Shown here: piece by piece, positions 1 to 8,925 of the stretch
How the letters are laid out: each line of letters begins with the position of its first letter
Numbering within the stretch: the stretch's first letter is position 1
Source of the DNA: Candidatus Komeilibacteria bacterium
GTDB taxonomy: Bacteria; Patescibacteriota; Patescibacteriia; UBA1558
Length of the DNA stretch: 64,000 nucleotides
Reading direction: 5' to 3'
NCBI GenBank assembly: GCA_048538235.1
Contig: JBLYPX010000001.1
Coordinates: 136,013-200,012, forward strand
Notes under the pieces: model-generated
Database searches by the model: none
The model's input: only the letters and a program-made list of their open reading frames with translations
Told to the model about the DNA's origin: nothing
Made by a program: the position numbers and the translations under genes

Positions 1-765
1 AGTGAAGAAGAAGTAAAACTTGCTAAACGTAAAGAAAAGAATGACATGGAAGCTAGATCACAACTTGTGACTGCTAATTTACGTTTAGTTGTGTCCATTG
101 CTAAGAAGTTTGTTGGTAGAAATCTATCTTTACTAGACCTAATTCAAGAAGGTAATGTTGGATTATTTAGAGCAGTAGATAAATTTGATTACCGTAAAGG
201 GTATAAATTTTCTACTTATGCCACTTGGTGGATCAGGCAGGCTATTACTAGAGCATTAGCTGATCAATCTAGAACTATTCGTATTCCAGTTCACATGGTT
301 GAAACAATTAACAAATTTCAACAGATTGAAAGAAGGCTTATTCAAGATCTTGGTAGAGAACCATTACCAGAAGAAATAGCTGCTGAAATGGGAGAAGATA
401 TAGATAAGGTTAGACAGATTATGAAGATATCTCAAGAAACTGTTTCTTTAGAAACATCTGTTGGTGAAGATGATGAAGATAGCACCTTGGGTGACTTTAT
501 TGAAGATCACAAAACTATCACACCAGACAAAGTAGCTTCATTACAATTATTAAAAGATCATGTTAGAGCTATTATTGGTGAACTAAGTCCTCGTGAGCAA
601 AAGATATTGGAAATGAGGTTTGGTATTGATGATGGTGTAGCTCATACTTTAGAAGAAGTGGGCCAAGAATTTGGTGTTACTCGTGAACGTATTCGTCAGA
701 TTGAAGCAAAGGCTTTAGAAAAAATACAGAACCATGTAGATATGAAAAAACTACACGATTATTAA
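1..765 (+). CDS. rpoD: RNA polymerase sigma-70 factor RpoD, 3' portion; 5' end lies outside the window
   Basis: Frame 1 is open from nt 1. Translation shows sigma-70 regions 2-4: the '[37 protein letters not shown]' core-binding/-10 recognition segment and a C-terminal '[27 protein letters not shown]' region 4.2 HTH. Confidence 0.9.
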   Translation, partial: SEEEVKLAKRKEKNDMEARSQLVTANLRLVVSIAKKFVGRNLSLLDLIQEGNVGLFRAVDKFDYRKGYKFSTYATWWIRQAITRALADQSRTIRIPVHMVETINKFQQIERRLIQDLGREPLPEEIAAEMGEDIDKVRQIMKISQETVSLETSVGEDDEDSTLGDFIEDHKTITPDKVASLQLLKDHVRAIIGELSPREQKILEMRFGIDDGVAHTLEEVGQEFGVTRERIRQIEAKALEKIQNHVDMKKLHDY

Positions 766-788
766 TAAGAAATAGTATAAGATATAAA

Positions 789-824
789 AGAACTCATCTA
801 CAGATGAGTTCTTTATTTTTCAAA
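789..824. terminator. Bidirectional rho-independent terminator between convergent rpoD and the beta-lactamase-like gene
   Basis: Inverted repeat AAGAACTCATCT-aca-GATGAGTTCTT followed by TATTTTT, and preceded by an A-rich run for the opposite strand. Confidence 0.6.
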
Positions 825-1745
825 AGATATAGCTTCAAATATTATATTAGATATATTGGAAATGGCCTCAGATAATACACCAGATACTTGTCCTTTAGTC
901 ATTACACAGAGTAGATATGGATTATTTGGATAATATACAATTCCACAATCGTGTAATTGACTGTATTTATCTAAAATAGAATCGTTTCCGTATACATCAC
1001 CTTTGCTGCCAAATTTATGAGAAACAGTAATATCATCAGGTAGTTGTTTGGTTATACCTTCATTAAAAGTACTACTAGATAATATATTTAATATATATTC
1101 AGAATTTTCTCTGTTTAAGAATGAAGAATTGTATAACATTCTAAAAATACTACTATAGTATTTAACTTGCATATAGTAAGTATTGTTTATGTCTAATTTT
1201 ACTCCCGGAGCTATTGTTTCATAGATAGATATTTCATTATTCCTTCGTTCTAATTGTACTTCTTCTAAGCCAAGATCATTATATACTTTTCTAATAAATT
1301 TATAGTCTATATTTTTAAACAGCATACATTCTGCATCATTATTCGATTGAGTTAACAGCTTTTCTAATAAATAACGTACTGTATAGTTTTGACCATTTAC
1401 TAATTCATCTTGAGGTTCAAATAATTGAGGTCTATGCGGACACTCATTACTATCTAAGGTAATTTCTTTATCTAAAATTCCAGGTGTTGCTTCAGATAGC
1501 TTTAAGTAAGCGATAGCAAGTGGTATTTTATTTAAACTAGCGCCTGAAAAGTGCAGGTCTTTATTAATAGTGAACCACGGTCCATTATTCAAGTTACGGT
1601 AATAAACAGAGGCTTGTATATCTAATTTATCTATTACATCATTTTCTATTTTTTCTATAATATCCTTCTCGACAGATGTAATTACTGGATCATTATCTTC
1701 CTGACAGTCTAAATAAAGGGCTAATATATTGATAGCCGCTTTCAC
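813..1745 (-). CDS. Class-A beta-lactamase-fold serine hydrolase (PBP/beta-lactamase superfamily); possibly the frameshifted C-terminal part of a longer membrane-anchored gene
   Basis: SxxK-like motif (FSGASLNK), SDN-like motif (SNND) and KTG-like motif (KFGSKG) in class-A order. Apparent GTG start and no signal peptide. Overlaps the upstream ORF 1693..1893 in another frame. Confidence 0.45.
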   Translation of the reverse strand: MKAAINILALYLDCQEDNDPVITSVEKDIIEKIENDVIDKLDIQASVYYRNLNNGPWFTINKDLHFSGASLNKIPLAIAYLKLSEATPGILDKEITLDSNECPHRPQLFEPQDELVNGQNYTVRYLLEKLLTQSNNDAECMLFKNIDYKFIRKVYNDLGLEEVQLERRNNEISIYETIAPGVKLDINNTYYMQVKYYSSIFRMLYNSSFLNRENSEYILNILSSSTFNEGITKQLPDDITVSHKFGSKGDVYGNDSILDKYSQLHDCGIVYYPNNPYLLCVMTKGQVSGVLSEAISNISNIIFEAISFEK

Positions 1746-1893
1746 GTACTTCTTTGTTCTGTAAACTCGGGTTTATGATTAACAAAGTTGTTAAAATACC
1801 TGCTGTGAATAATAAAATACCAATAATTAAATGCAAAAAAACAACCCCAGATTGAGATTCTTTAGTAAATAAGTCTAATGCTCTTTTTTTCAA
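1693..1893 (-). CDS. Small TM-anchor ORF (66 aa); candidate N-terminal part of the downstream beta-lactamase-like gene, separated by a frameshift
   Basis: N-terminal hydrophobic helix (VVFLHLIIGILLFTAGILTTLLII). Its 3' end overlaps the next ORF by about 52 nt in a different frame. Confidence 0.3.
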   Translation of the reverse strand: MKKRALDLFTKESQSGVVFLHLIIGILLFTAGILTTLLIINPSLQNKEVRESGYQYISPLFRLSGR

Positions 1894-2067
1894 TTTGTTA
1901 GTCTAATACTGAATAAGATAATTATATATTAATTTTAGGTAAATGTCTGTAGGTTAAAAATGGTGTAAAAAAGCTAATATATTCCGTGTAATATTATTTG
2001 TTTTGTCATTTACCCCTTGATTTCTTTAAAATATTGTATTATACTGTCTCAGAGTTAATTTAATATA

Positions 2068-2143
2068 TTCCGCGGTAGCTCAGTGGTAGAGCAGTTGGCT
2101 GTTAACCAATTGGTCGTCGGTTCGAGTCCGACCCGCGGAGCCA
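2068..2143 (+). tRNA. tRNA-Asn(GTT), CCA encoded
   Basis: Manual fold. Acceptor TCCGCGG/CCGCGGA, D-arm GCTC-AGTGGTAGA-GC, anticodon arm GTTGG-CTGTTAA-CCAAT (G.U) giving anticodon GTT, T-arm GTCGG-TTCGAGT-CCGAC, discriminator G, CCA. Confidence 0.8.
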
Positions 2144-2206
2144 TCAAGAAATTCTTGTTAATAGCAAGAGTTTTTTGTTTACATTTTATTAAATCTATGT
2201 GATTAT

Positions 2207-3208
2207 GTGTGTATGAATATACAGAGTATAGAAAAGATATTAGCAAATGAACCAAAATATAGACTAAAGCAGGTGAAACAAGCTGTCTATGTTAATTTTG
2301 TATCTAATTGGGATGAGGCTACAGTCTTGTCTAAAGATTTAAGAGTAAAGTTAAATAAAGAAGCGCCTTTAGATATTCAGAGCGAGGTCTATGAGAGTTC
2401 TAGCGGTAATTCAAACAAAGTTTTAATAACCTTAGAAGACGGTCTGGTTGTTGAGACTGTTTTAATGAAACATAGTGATAGTCGTAGAACGGTTTGTGTT
2501 TCTTCTCAGGTTGGTTGTCCTTTAGGTTGTTCTTTTTGCGCAACTGGTCAAATGGGGTTTAAAAGAAATTTAACAGCGGGCGAAATTGTTCAGCAGGTTT
2601 TGTTTTGGAGTAGGAAGCTAAAGAAGAATGATGAAAGAGTTTCTAACGTAGTGTTTATGGGAATGGGTGAGCCATTTCTAAATTATGATAATGTGATAGC
2701 AGCTATTCATATATTAAATGATGGCGAGGGGCTAAATATTGGTGCTCGTAGAATATCTATTTCAACAGCAGGACTGGTTGAACAGATTAGGAAGTTAGCT
2801 AAAGAAGATTTACAAGTTAATTTAGCAATATCTCTACACGCCCCTAATGATAAATTAAGAACAGAGTTGATGGCTGTTAATGCTAAGGTTTCATTAAGAA
2901 GGTTGCTTAAGGCAGTAGATGATTATATATCTGAAACAAATAGAAAAGTAATGTTTGAGTATTTATTGATCGATGGAGTAAATGATAGTAAAGAAGAAGC
3001 TGAACAGCTTGCTCAGCTTATGAATAAGCCTTTACACATGGTTAACCTTATTCCTTTTAATCCTACACAGAAGTACAGGCCATCATCTAAAAAGGCAATT
3101 GCTAAGTTTAAGGAAGTGTTAGAAAGTTTTGGTATAGAAGTTAGCCAACGTTATGGTTATGGTGGAGATATTAAAGCAGCGTGCGGTCAATTAGCGGGTA
3201 AGAGATAG
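2207..3208 (+). CDS. rlmN: 23S rRNA (adenine2503-C2)/tRNA methyltransferase RlmN, a radical SAM enzyme
   Basis: CxxxCxxC radical-SAM motif (GCPLGCSFCATG), an 'MGMGEP' motif and a C-terminal 'AACGQL' motif typical of RlmN/Cfr. Confidence 0.88.
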   Translation: MCMNIQSIEKILANEPKYRLKQVKQAVYVNFVSNWDEATVLSKDLRVKLNKEAPLDIQSEVYESSSGNSNKVLITLEDGLVVETVLMKHSDSRRTVCVSSQVGCPLGCSFCATGQMGFKRNLTAGEIVQQVLFWSRKLKKNDERVSNVVFMGMGEPFLNYDNVIAAIHILNDGEGLNIGARRISISTAGLVEQIRKLAKEDLQVNLAISLHAPNDKLRTELMAVNAKVSLRRLLKAVDDYISETNRKVMFEYLLIDGVNDSKEEAEQLAQLMNKPLHMVNLIPFNPTQKYRPSSKKAIAKFKEVLESFGIEVSQRYGYGGDIKAACGQLAGKR

Positions 3209-3305
3209 TTTGTTAATTAATGTGTTTTTTATTGACACAAAAAGATATTAGTGTTAAGTTGTGTCATTCAACAGTTGTTTGAAAATAACAAAGGAGGATA
3301 ATAAA

Positions 3306-3818
3306 ATGAGAGATGATGGCTTTTTGATAGTGATGATATGGTTTTTACTTGTTGTTGTTCCTCTCTTCATGGTTGAGAATAACAATAATGATACGCATGT
3401 TCAGGAAGAAGTGCCAGTTGAGGTGGTTGAATCAGGGCCAGTGGTTATTGAAACTGTTCTATCTGCAGTAAAGGTGGAATATGAAATTCAATACGGATCA
3501 TTTTACACAGGAGATCAGACATTGATTTTTCACCGTGGTAGTAGTGAAATTAAGGCCAAAGAAGGTTATGGTATTGGTTATGGAGGTTTACCTATCACTA
3601 GTTATGGTTGGCCTGTTCATTCGGAGTTTGTTTTCGAATTAGGAGATAGTGAAGCAACTTTGTTCATTGCTTGTGCTGGTCCAATAGCCAATGAACCATA
3701 CCAACCCAACGGTCTTTTTAGGGCTCCAGGCGCTGCCAATGCTATTCTCATGGATATAGATCTTAAGTCCAATGAGGATGGTAGTATTTTTGTTAAAGCA
3801 AAACCTACACCCATCTGA
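3306..3818 (+). CDS. Hypothetical membrane-anchored/secreted protein
   Basis: AAGGAGGA Shine-Dalgarno 8 nt before ATG 3306. N-terminal TM/signal segment (FLIVMIWFLLVVVPLFMV). No recognisable domain. Confidence 0.5.
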   Translation: MRDDGFLIVMIWFLLVVVPLFMVENNNNDTHVQEEVPVEVVESGPVVIETVLSAVKVEYEIQYGSFYTGDQTLIFHRGSSEIKAKEGYGIGYGGLPITSYGWPVHSEFVFELGDSEATLFIACAGPIANEPYQPNGLFRAPGAANAILMDIDLKSNEDGSIFVKAKPTPI

Positions 3819-3844
3819 TTTTATTTATTTTATTTAGACAAAGG

Positions 3845-3880
3845 AAAAGACCACTCGGTTGAGTGGTCTTTTTTTTGTTC
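3845..3880. terminator. Bidirectional rho-independent terminator
   Basis: AAGACCACTC-ggtt-GAGTGGTCTT followed by TTTTTTTT, between convergent genes. Confidence 0.7.
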
Positions 3881-4259
3881 ATTTTCTTAACAAGCCATTG
3901 ATGATGTTGAGCAAGTCCTTAATATCATATGGTTTGATAAGACTTGCAGAACAACCAAGTTCTTCTAGTTTTTTCTGATTATGCTCGTTGATTACGCAGG
4001 ATATGCACACAATGGGTATATCTTTAAATTGCGTACTATTACGAATGCCACGAATTAGGTTAAAACCAGACTCAAGTGGCAACATAATTGCAGTAGTAAC
4101 CAGATCAACTTGTTCTTTTAGTAGGATTTCTCTGGCCTCATCTGCGTCTCTTGCCAACAATACCTTGTATCCGCCTTGTTCGAGTAAAAGTTTTTCAAGC
4201 TTTTGCTGAACAGTGTCGTTTTCAACAACCATTATGGTTTGTGTTTTTGGTGTATTCAT
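3879..4259 (-). CDS. Stand-alone CheY-like receiver domain protein; atypical, with the phospho-acceptor Asp apparently replaced
   Basis: REC fold signature: N-terminal acidic pair (VVEND), a conserved Lys region (IKPYD) and a Ser/Thr position. Where 'DLVLLDxxMP' is expected the sequence reads 'DLVTTAIMLP', with Ala at the D57-equivalent. Strong SD (GGGAGGGGGGG) upstream. Confidence 0.6.
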   Translation of the reverse strand: MNTPKTQTIMVVENDTVQQKLEKLLLEQGGYKVLLARDADEAREILLKEQVDLVTTAIMLPLESGFNLIRGIRNSTQFKDIPIVCISCVINEHNQKKLEELGCSASLIKPYDIKDLLNIINGLLRK

Positions 4260-4335
4260 TACACCCCCCCTCCCATTTGTTTAATGTGCGTTTAAGAATA
4301 GAATAATATACACTATTATTCTTTATTTGTCAATA

Positions 4336-5685
4336 TTATTGATTTATTAGTTTTTTAACACTATTAATTAGTGTTTGGTCTGGTATGTAAGAATAAAGCT
4401 GGTCTGTCCAATCTTCATCATTAATATCAATGGTTGGGTCAACGCCCCTGCCTTCTATTGGTTGATTATCATCTCTTAGAGTAATACTGTTCACTAAAAA
4501 CATCTTATATGTTTCTTCATCTGTTATTTGGTTGTCTATATCATAGACTGCTTCAATTGTACCCCAGCCTTTAGATTTTGTTCCGACCAGTACACCAACA
4601 TTATATTTCTTTAAAACAGCGGACATAACTTCAGCAGATGATTGGCCTAGCTCATCTTGTAGTATTACTACTTTTTTATACCTAACTAAACTAGGCAACC
4701 AACCAACCTTTGTTTTAACTGGTTCGTATTCACCTTGGTGGTATGTTTCGTAAGCATATTGGTTTGGCCCAATAAATGGCCCCAAAAAATATGGCATTAA
4801 ATCTACTGCTCCACCAATATTTCCTCTTAAGTCTAAAATTAAAGTATCTAATAGATTGTATTTATCATATTCATTAGCTACTTGTTGTAATTCCGTAAAG
4901 CTAGTAGGGGACATCTTTTTAATTTTCATATGGAGAATATTATTAGATAATATTTCTCCATAAACAGTAGCTTCTACACCTGAGTTATTATACATATCTC
5001 TAGAACTGTCTTGGGTAAGTGTTTCTTCAGCCCTGGTGATAGTAGCTAGCTTTGCTTGGGCTGCCTGTCTTTCTTCATCAGTTTTAGTATTGTCTGTAAT
5101 TATATTATTTAACGCAGTTGTTTTTTCTTCAGCCGCTGCTTGAATATCTTCTCTACTAGCATCTTCTGTTACTTCAAGTTCATCGTACAGATTAGTATCT
5201 GGGTCAATATTTTTTACATTATTCCATAGTTCAGTTTCTTTTTGGGTTGTGTATAGTCCACTTCTACCGATTGGTTGCAGATTGTATAAAACAATAGTTG
5301 CTACATTTATGGTAAAATCTTTTTTATCTTCTTCTGTTTCAATATTATCTATAATTTGTTTCATCATAGACCTCATGCCAACCTTATCATTATTAATAGT
5401 TACCTCGGTCTTTTTTTCTAGTTTCTCTGCAGCTTGTTTGTATAGATTAAATAGGTCTTCATCAGTTATTACTTCCCAATAATTTTCTTGTATTTTTTCA
5501 TAAATCTCAGATAAGAAATCTACATATTTATTTTCATTAGAAGTATTTATTACTTCATCGCTTTTAAAATCTACATTTTTGTATACAGCTAATCCAATAG
5601 TAATAATGGCTAACACTAAAACACTCCAACCTATGAGGGAGAGTATTTTTTGAGAAAGGTTTATACTTTGGTGTAGTCTTTTCAT
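4336..5685 (-). CDS. S41 family C-terminal processing peptidase (tail-specific protease-like), N-terminal TM anchor
   Basis: S41 signatures 'LILDLRGNIGG' and 'SSAEVMSAVLKKYNVGVLVGTKSKGWGT', which contain the catalytic Ser/Lys context. N-terminal hydrophobic helix. Confidence 0.7.
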   Translation of the reverse strand: MKRLHQSINLSQKILSLIGWSVLVLAIITIGLAVYKNVDFKSDEVINTSNENKYVDFLSEIYEKIQENYWEVITDEDLFNLYKQAAEKLEKKTEVTINNDKVGMRSMMKQIIDNIETEEDKKDFTINVATIVLYNLQPIGRSGLYTTQKETELWNNVKNIDPDTNLYDELEVTEDASREDIQAAAEEKTTALNNIITDNTKTDEERQAAQAKLATITRAEETLTQDSSRDMYNNSGVEATVYGEILSNNILHMKIKKMSPTSFTELQQVANEYDKYNLLDTLILDLRGNIGGAVDLMPYFLGPFIGPNQYAYETYHQGEYEPVKTKVGWLPSLVRYKKVVILQDELGQSSAEVMSAVLKKYNVGVLVGTKSKGWGTIEAVYDIDNQITDEETYKMFLVNSITLRDDNQPIEGRGVDPTIDINDEDWTDQLYSYIPDQTLINSVKKLINQ

Positions 5686-5725
5686 TAGGTATAGTATAAT
5701 ATAAAAGTAGTATTAAATCTATTGT

Positions 5726-6196
5726 ATGGAGTGTAAATTACTCACATTATGTATGTTAAGAGAGGGGGATAAACTTCTTTTAGGTATGAAAAAAAGAGGT
5801 TTTGGTGAAGGCTGGTATAATGGTTTTGGTGGTAAACTAGAAGAAGGTGAAAGTTTAGAAGAAGCTGCTTTCAGAGAAATGAAGGAAGAATCTGGTGTTA
5901 AGGCAAAGAATTTAAGAAAGACGGGTGTGTTAAAGTTTGACTTTGTTGATAATAGAGAACGTTTAGAAGTACATGTTTTTCATGTTACAGAGTATGAGGG
6001 TGAACCAATAGAATCTGAAGAAATGAAACCAGAATGGTTTCATGTAGATGAAATACCTTTTAATAAAATGTGGCCCGATGACATCCATTGGTTACCATTG
6101 TTTTTAGAAGGTCATTTATTTGAAGGTGTTTTTTCTTTTGATAAAGATCACAAAATGCTTTCACACAATGTTAAAAAAGTAGATAGTTTAAATTAA
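5726..6196 (+). CDS. Nudix hydrolase, MTH1/NUDT1-like 8-oxo-dGTP diphosphatase
   Basis: Nudix box [24 protein letters not shown]. Long collinear similarity to human NUDT1 ([17 protein letters not shown]...IPF..MWPDD..W.PL.L) as I recall that sequence. Confidence 0.75.
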   Translation: [156 protein letters not shown]

Positions 6197-6747
6197 TGGA
6201 TATTGTTAATACAATCAAAGAGGGTGGAGTTGTAGTTCTGCCAACAGACACGCTGTATGGTTTACATGCAAGTGTTTTTAAAAAACAAGCTGTTAATAAT
6301 ATTTATGAACTTAAAAAAAGAACTTTAAGTAAGCCGTTAATAATACTAATTAGTTCTTGGGAAGATTTAGATAAGTTAAATGTTAAGATAAGTGATAATA
6401 TAAAAGAGAAGTTAAATAAATGGTGGCCAGGATCTTTAAGTGTCATACTTTCTTGTAATGACAATTCTTTAGAATATTTACATCGTGGCACTAATAGTTT
6501 AGCTATACGTTGGCCAGATTATCCATTGTTAAATAATATTCTTAAACAAACAGGTCCGCTTGTTTCGACTACTGTTAATCTTGAGGGAGAAAAGCCAGCA
6601 GAATCTATTACAGAAGCTAAGGAATTATTTGGAGATAAAGTGAATGCTTATTTAGATGATGGTGAAAGATCTGGCACCCATTCAACTTTAATTAAAGTAA
6701 ATGGAGACGACATTGAAGTTTTAAGAGAGGGGGTTGTTAAAATATGA
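6196..6747 (+). CDS. tsaC: L-threonylcarbamoyladenylate synthase TsaC (YrdC domain)
   Basis: YrdC-family motifs 'VVVLPTDTLYGL' and 'KPLIILIS'. Length about 183 aa. Confidence 0.75.
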   Translation: MDIVNTIKEGGVVVLPTDTLYGLHASVFKKQAVNNIYELKKRTLSKPLIILISSWEDLDKLNVKISDNIKEKLNKWWPGSLSVILSCNDNSLEYLHRGTNSLAIRWPDYPLLNNILKQTGPLVSTTVNLEGEKPAESITEAKELFGDKVNAYLDDGERSGTHSTLIKVNGDDIEVLREGVVKI

Positions 6748-7670
6748 TTCAACGATTAACAAATATAGATATAATAAAATTTTTATCAATTATCATCATG
6801 GTAATTGATCATATGATTTTAACATCTATAGACCAGACAGCAAATGTAGCTCAAGTAGTTTTCTTTACTTTTGTTCCGCTTTGTCAGATGGGATTTTTAT
6901 TCTCTTCTGGTTATTTGATGGCCTATTCTTTTAATAAACAAAAGTTTAATAAATATATATACAGAATAGCATTGTTTGTTATCCTTTTTATTTTAATGAC
7001 AGTGCTATCTGGTGAAAAGTTTATAGCTTCTGGTTCAATACTTTTAAACTTTGCTATAAGCATAGCTATTAGTTTATTTTTCCTTTACAGAGATAAAGTT
7101 AAGGATTTGTTTAATTTTGTAATTATATTATTTGGCCTTAATATTTTATTTCAACTATTTACTATGAATGGAATAACAGTTCTTAATGATATTATGGCTA
7201 ATTATCCTTATCCAGTTAATTCTTTTTCATTGTATTTCTTTATGGGGGTAATTTTGTTCAGTTATAAAAATGAAGTTAGAACCTGGTTTAAGGGTGTTTT
7301 ACCAACACTCATAACAACTATATTATTAATAGGCTATCCCTTTATATATGCTTATGGCATATATATTAATAAATATAGTTTTTACCAACATCTACCATTG
7401 TTAATTCTAGCTAGCGCTTTTATTGGGTTATATTTTTTCTATAAATGGGAGAATGTTAAAATACCAAATATTATACATAAGCCAATAATAAAAATAGCAG
7501 ATGCACTATTATACATCTACGTTATTCATTACATTGCCTTATTTGGTTTTATAAAAGATTATAATCTACCGTGGTGGTTATTAATTATAACCGTTATTCT
7601 TATTATAATCTTATCTATTTACTTAAAGAAAGTAGTTTACTATATTAAAAAACTTTATCTAAAAGTTTAG
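6744..7670 (+). CDS. Polytopic integral membrane protein (TraX-like/unknown family)
   Basis: About 8-9 predicted TM helices. N-terminal 'FLSIIIMVIDH' resembles TraX-family proteins, but the family assignment is tentative. Confidence 0.35.
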   Translation: MIQRLTNIDIIKFLSIIIMVIDHMILTSIDQTANVAQVVFFTFVPLCQMGFLFSSGYLMAYSFNKQKFNKYIYRIALFVILFILMTVLSGEKFIASGSILLNFAISIAISLFFLYRDKVKDLFNFVIILFGLNILFQLFTMNGITVLNDIMANYPYPVNSFSLYFFMGVILFSYKNEVRTWFKGVLPTLITTILLIGYPFIYAYGIYINKYSFYQHLPLLILASAFIGLYFFYKWENVKIPNIIHKPIIKIADALLYIYVIHYIALFGFIKDYNLPWWLLIITVILIIILSIYLKKVVYYIKKLYLKV

Positions 7671-8814
7671 CAAATATTTTATTATTATCATCACCGTAAT
7701 TATTTTCAGAGAATTGTCTAGCGCTTACTGCTAGATTTTTTTTGTTTATCAAACAGTAATCTATACAATTAAGTAGAGCAGGACTGTCTATGTTCTGTAG
7801 CAATAGGTTTTTATTAAATGCATTAATAATCTCTGGGGTAGCACCAATATTTGTTCCAATAACTGGCAATGAAGCAGCAAGTGATTCAACGGTTGCTAAA
7901 CCAAAACCCTCATAGGCTAGGGTTGGTAGTATGAATATATCTGCTAATTGTAAATATTTAATTAAAGTAGTTTCTGGAAGTCTACCTAATAATATTACTT
8001 TACCACCTAGATTATTTTTTTTAATTAAGATATTTAAATTTTCTTTTAAATAACCATTGCCAATAATTAATAACTTAAAAGTTTTATGTTTTTTAATAAT
8101 GGCTGGAATAGATTTTATTAACCACTCAAGTCCCATTCTTGGAACCAATCTTCTAACAGTAATTGCAATAACATCTTTTGAGTTAACATTAAATTCTTCT
8201 CTTAGCTTATTTTTATCTTCTGCTGGTAAGAATTTATTCAGCTCAAGAATATATGGCACTCTTTGTATTTTACTACCGATCCTTGGGTATAGTTTTTTTA
8301 TAATATTGTCTGAAAAATTAGATAGGCTCCAGATTTGTTTAGCTTTTATTAATAATTTGTTTTCTATTCTTTTTGTATAGTAAACAAAGTATGGTTTAAA
8401 TATTCTACCTAATAGTTTATGCCTACTTTCAATATCCATACCTTGCCATTTTGTTTCTAAAGCAGTAGAAGCATGAAACATATATATGTAAGGAATATTC
8501 TTTTTTAAATTAAGAAAAGCTTTACCAATATATGGGTGGTGAATAATTACTAGGTCGTAATTATTATTGGCTATCTGTTTAGCTATTATTTGTTTGCCTT
8601 GTTTTAAGTCAGATAAACTTTTGCTGTTTGTGTTTATATAGCTAATTATTTGTATATTATTTACAAATTTTGTTTCTTCAACATCTGATCCGGTAACAAT
8701 GCTTACATTATATTTTAAAGATGCTAAAGATTTAGCTTGTTGCCAAGCTACTTTAGCAGATCCACCGATTCTGTCTGGGTATAATTCTTGAGTTAAAATT
8801 AGTATATTTCTCAT
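7645..8814 (-). CDS. Glycosyltransferase family 4 (GT4/GT-B)
   Basis: 'RIGGSAKVAWQ' near the N-terminus and the 'EGFGLATVESLAASLPVIGTNIGATPEII' E-x7-E region. Start set at ATG 8812-8814 (MRNILILT), which has an AGGA SD and avoids overlap with the downstream tRNA promoter region. Confidence 0.8.
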   Translation of the reverse strand: MRNILILTQELYPDRIGGSAKVAWQQAKSLASLKYNVSIVTGSDVEETKFVNNIQIISYINTNSKSLSDLKQGKQIIAKQIANNNYDLVIIHHPYIGKAFLNLKKNIPYIYMFHASTALETKWQGMDIESRHKLLGRIFKPYFVYYTKRIENKLLIKAKQIWSLSNFSDNIIKKLYPRIGSKIQRVPYILELNKFLPAEDKNKLREEFNVNSKDVIAITVRRLVPRMGLEWLIKSIPAIIKKHKTFKLLIIGNGYLKENLNILIKKNNLGGKVILLGRLPETTLIKYLQLADIFILPTLAYEGFGLATVESLAASLPVIGTNIGATPEIINAFNKNLLLQNIDSPALLNCIDYCLINKKNLAVSARQFSENNYGDDNNKIFAKLLDKVF

Positions 8815-8832
8815 AAATTGAATGTATCCTAT

Positions 8833-8860
8833 TTTTCCACATTTGACAAATGATAGATAG
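8833..8860 (+). promoter_or_regulatory. Candidate sigma-70 promoter for the tRNA cluster (TTGACA-16-TAATAT), followed by a perfect 14-bp palindrome AGGACAATTGTCCT (8886-8899)
   Basis: Consensus -35 hexamer, a 16-nt spacer and a near-consensus -10, located 65 nt upstream of the first tRNA. Confidence 0.45.
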
Positions 8861-8925
8861 CTGCTAATATACGTATTACCAATGGAGGACAATTGTCCTT
8901 CTTTTGTATTGTTCTTTTGCAAGCA

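Noticed and set aside
2055-2255. 66-aa minus-strand ORF
   Set aside because: Lies directly across tRNA-Asn (2068-2143). It is an artefact of the tRNA sequence, not a gene.
3617-3814. Antisense small ORFs inside larger genes (for example 3617-3814, 5249-5482, 8057-8380, 19152-19524, 51256-52197 and the His-rich ORFs at 62478-62870)
   Set aside because: Fully embedded in well-supported CDSs on the opposite strand or in an alternative frame, with low-complexity translations.
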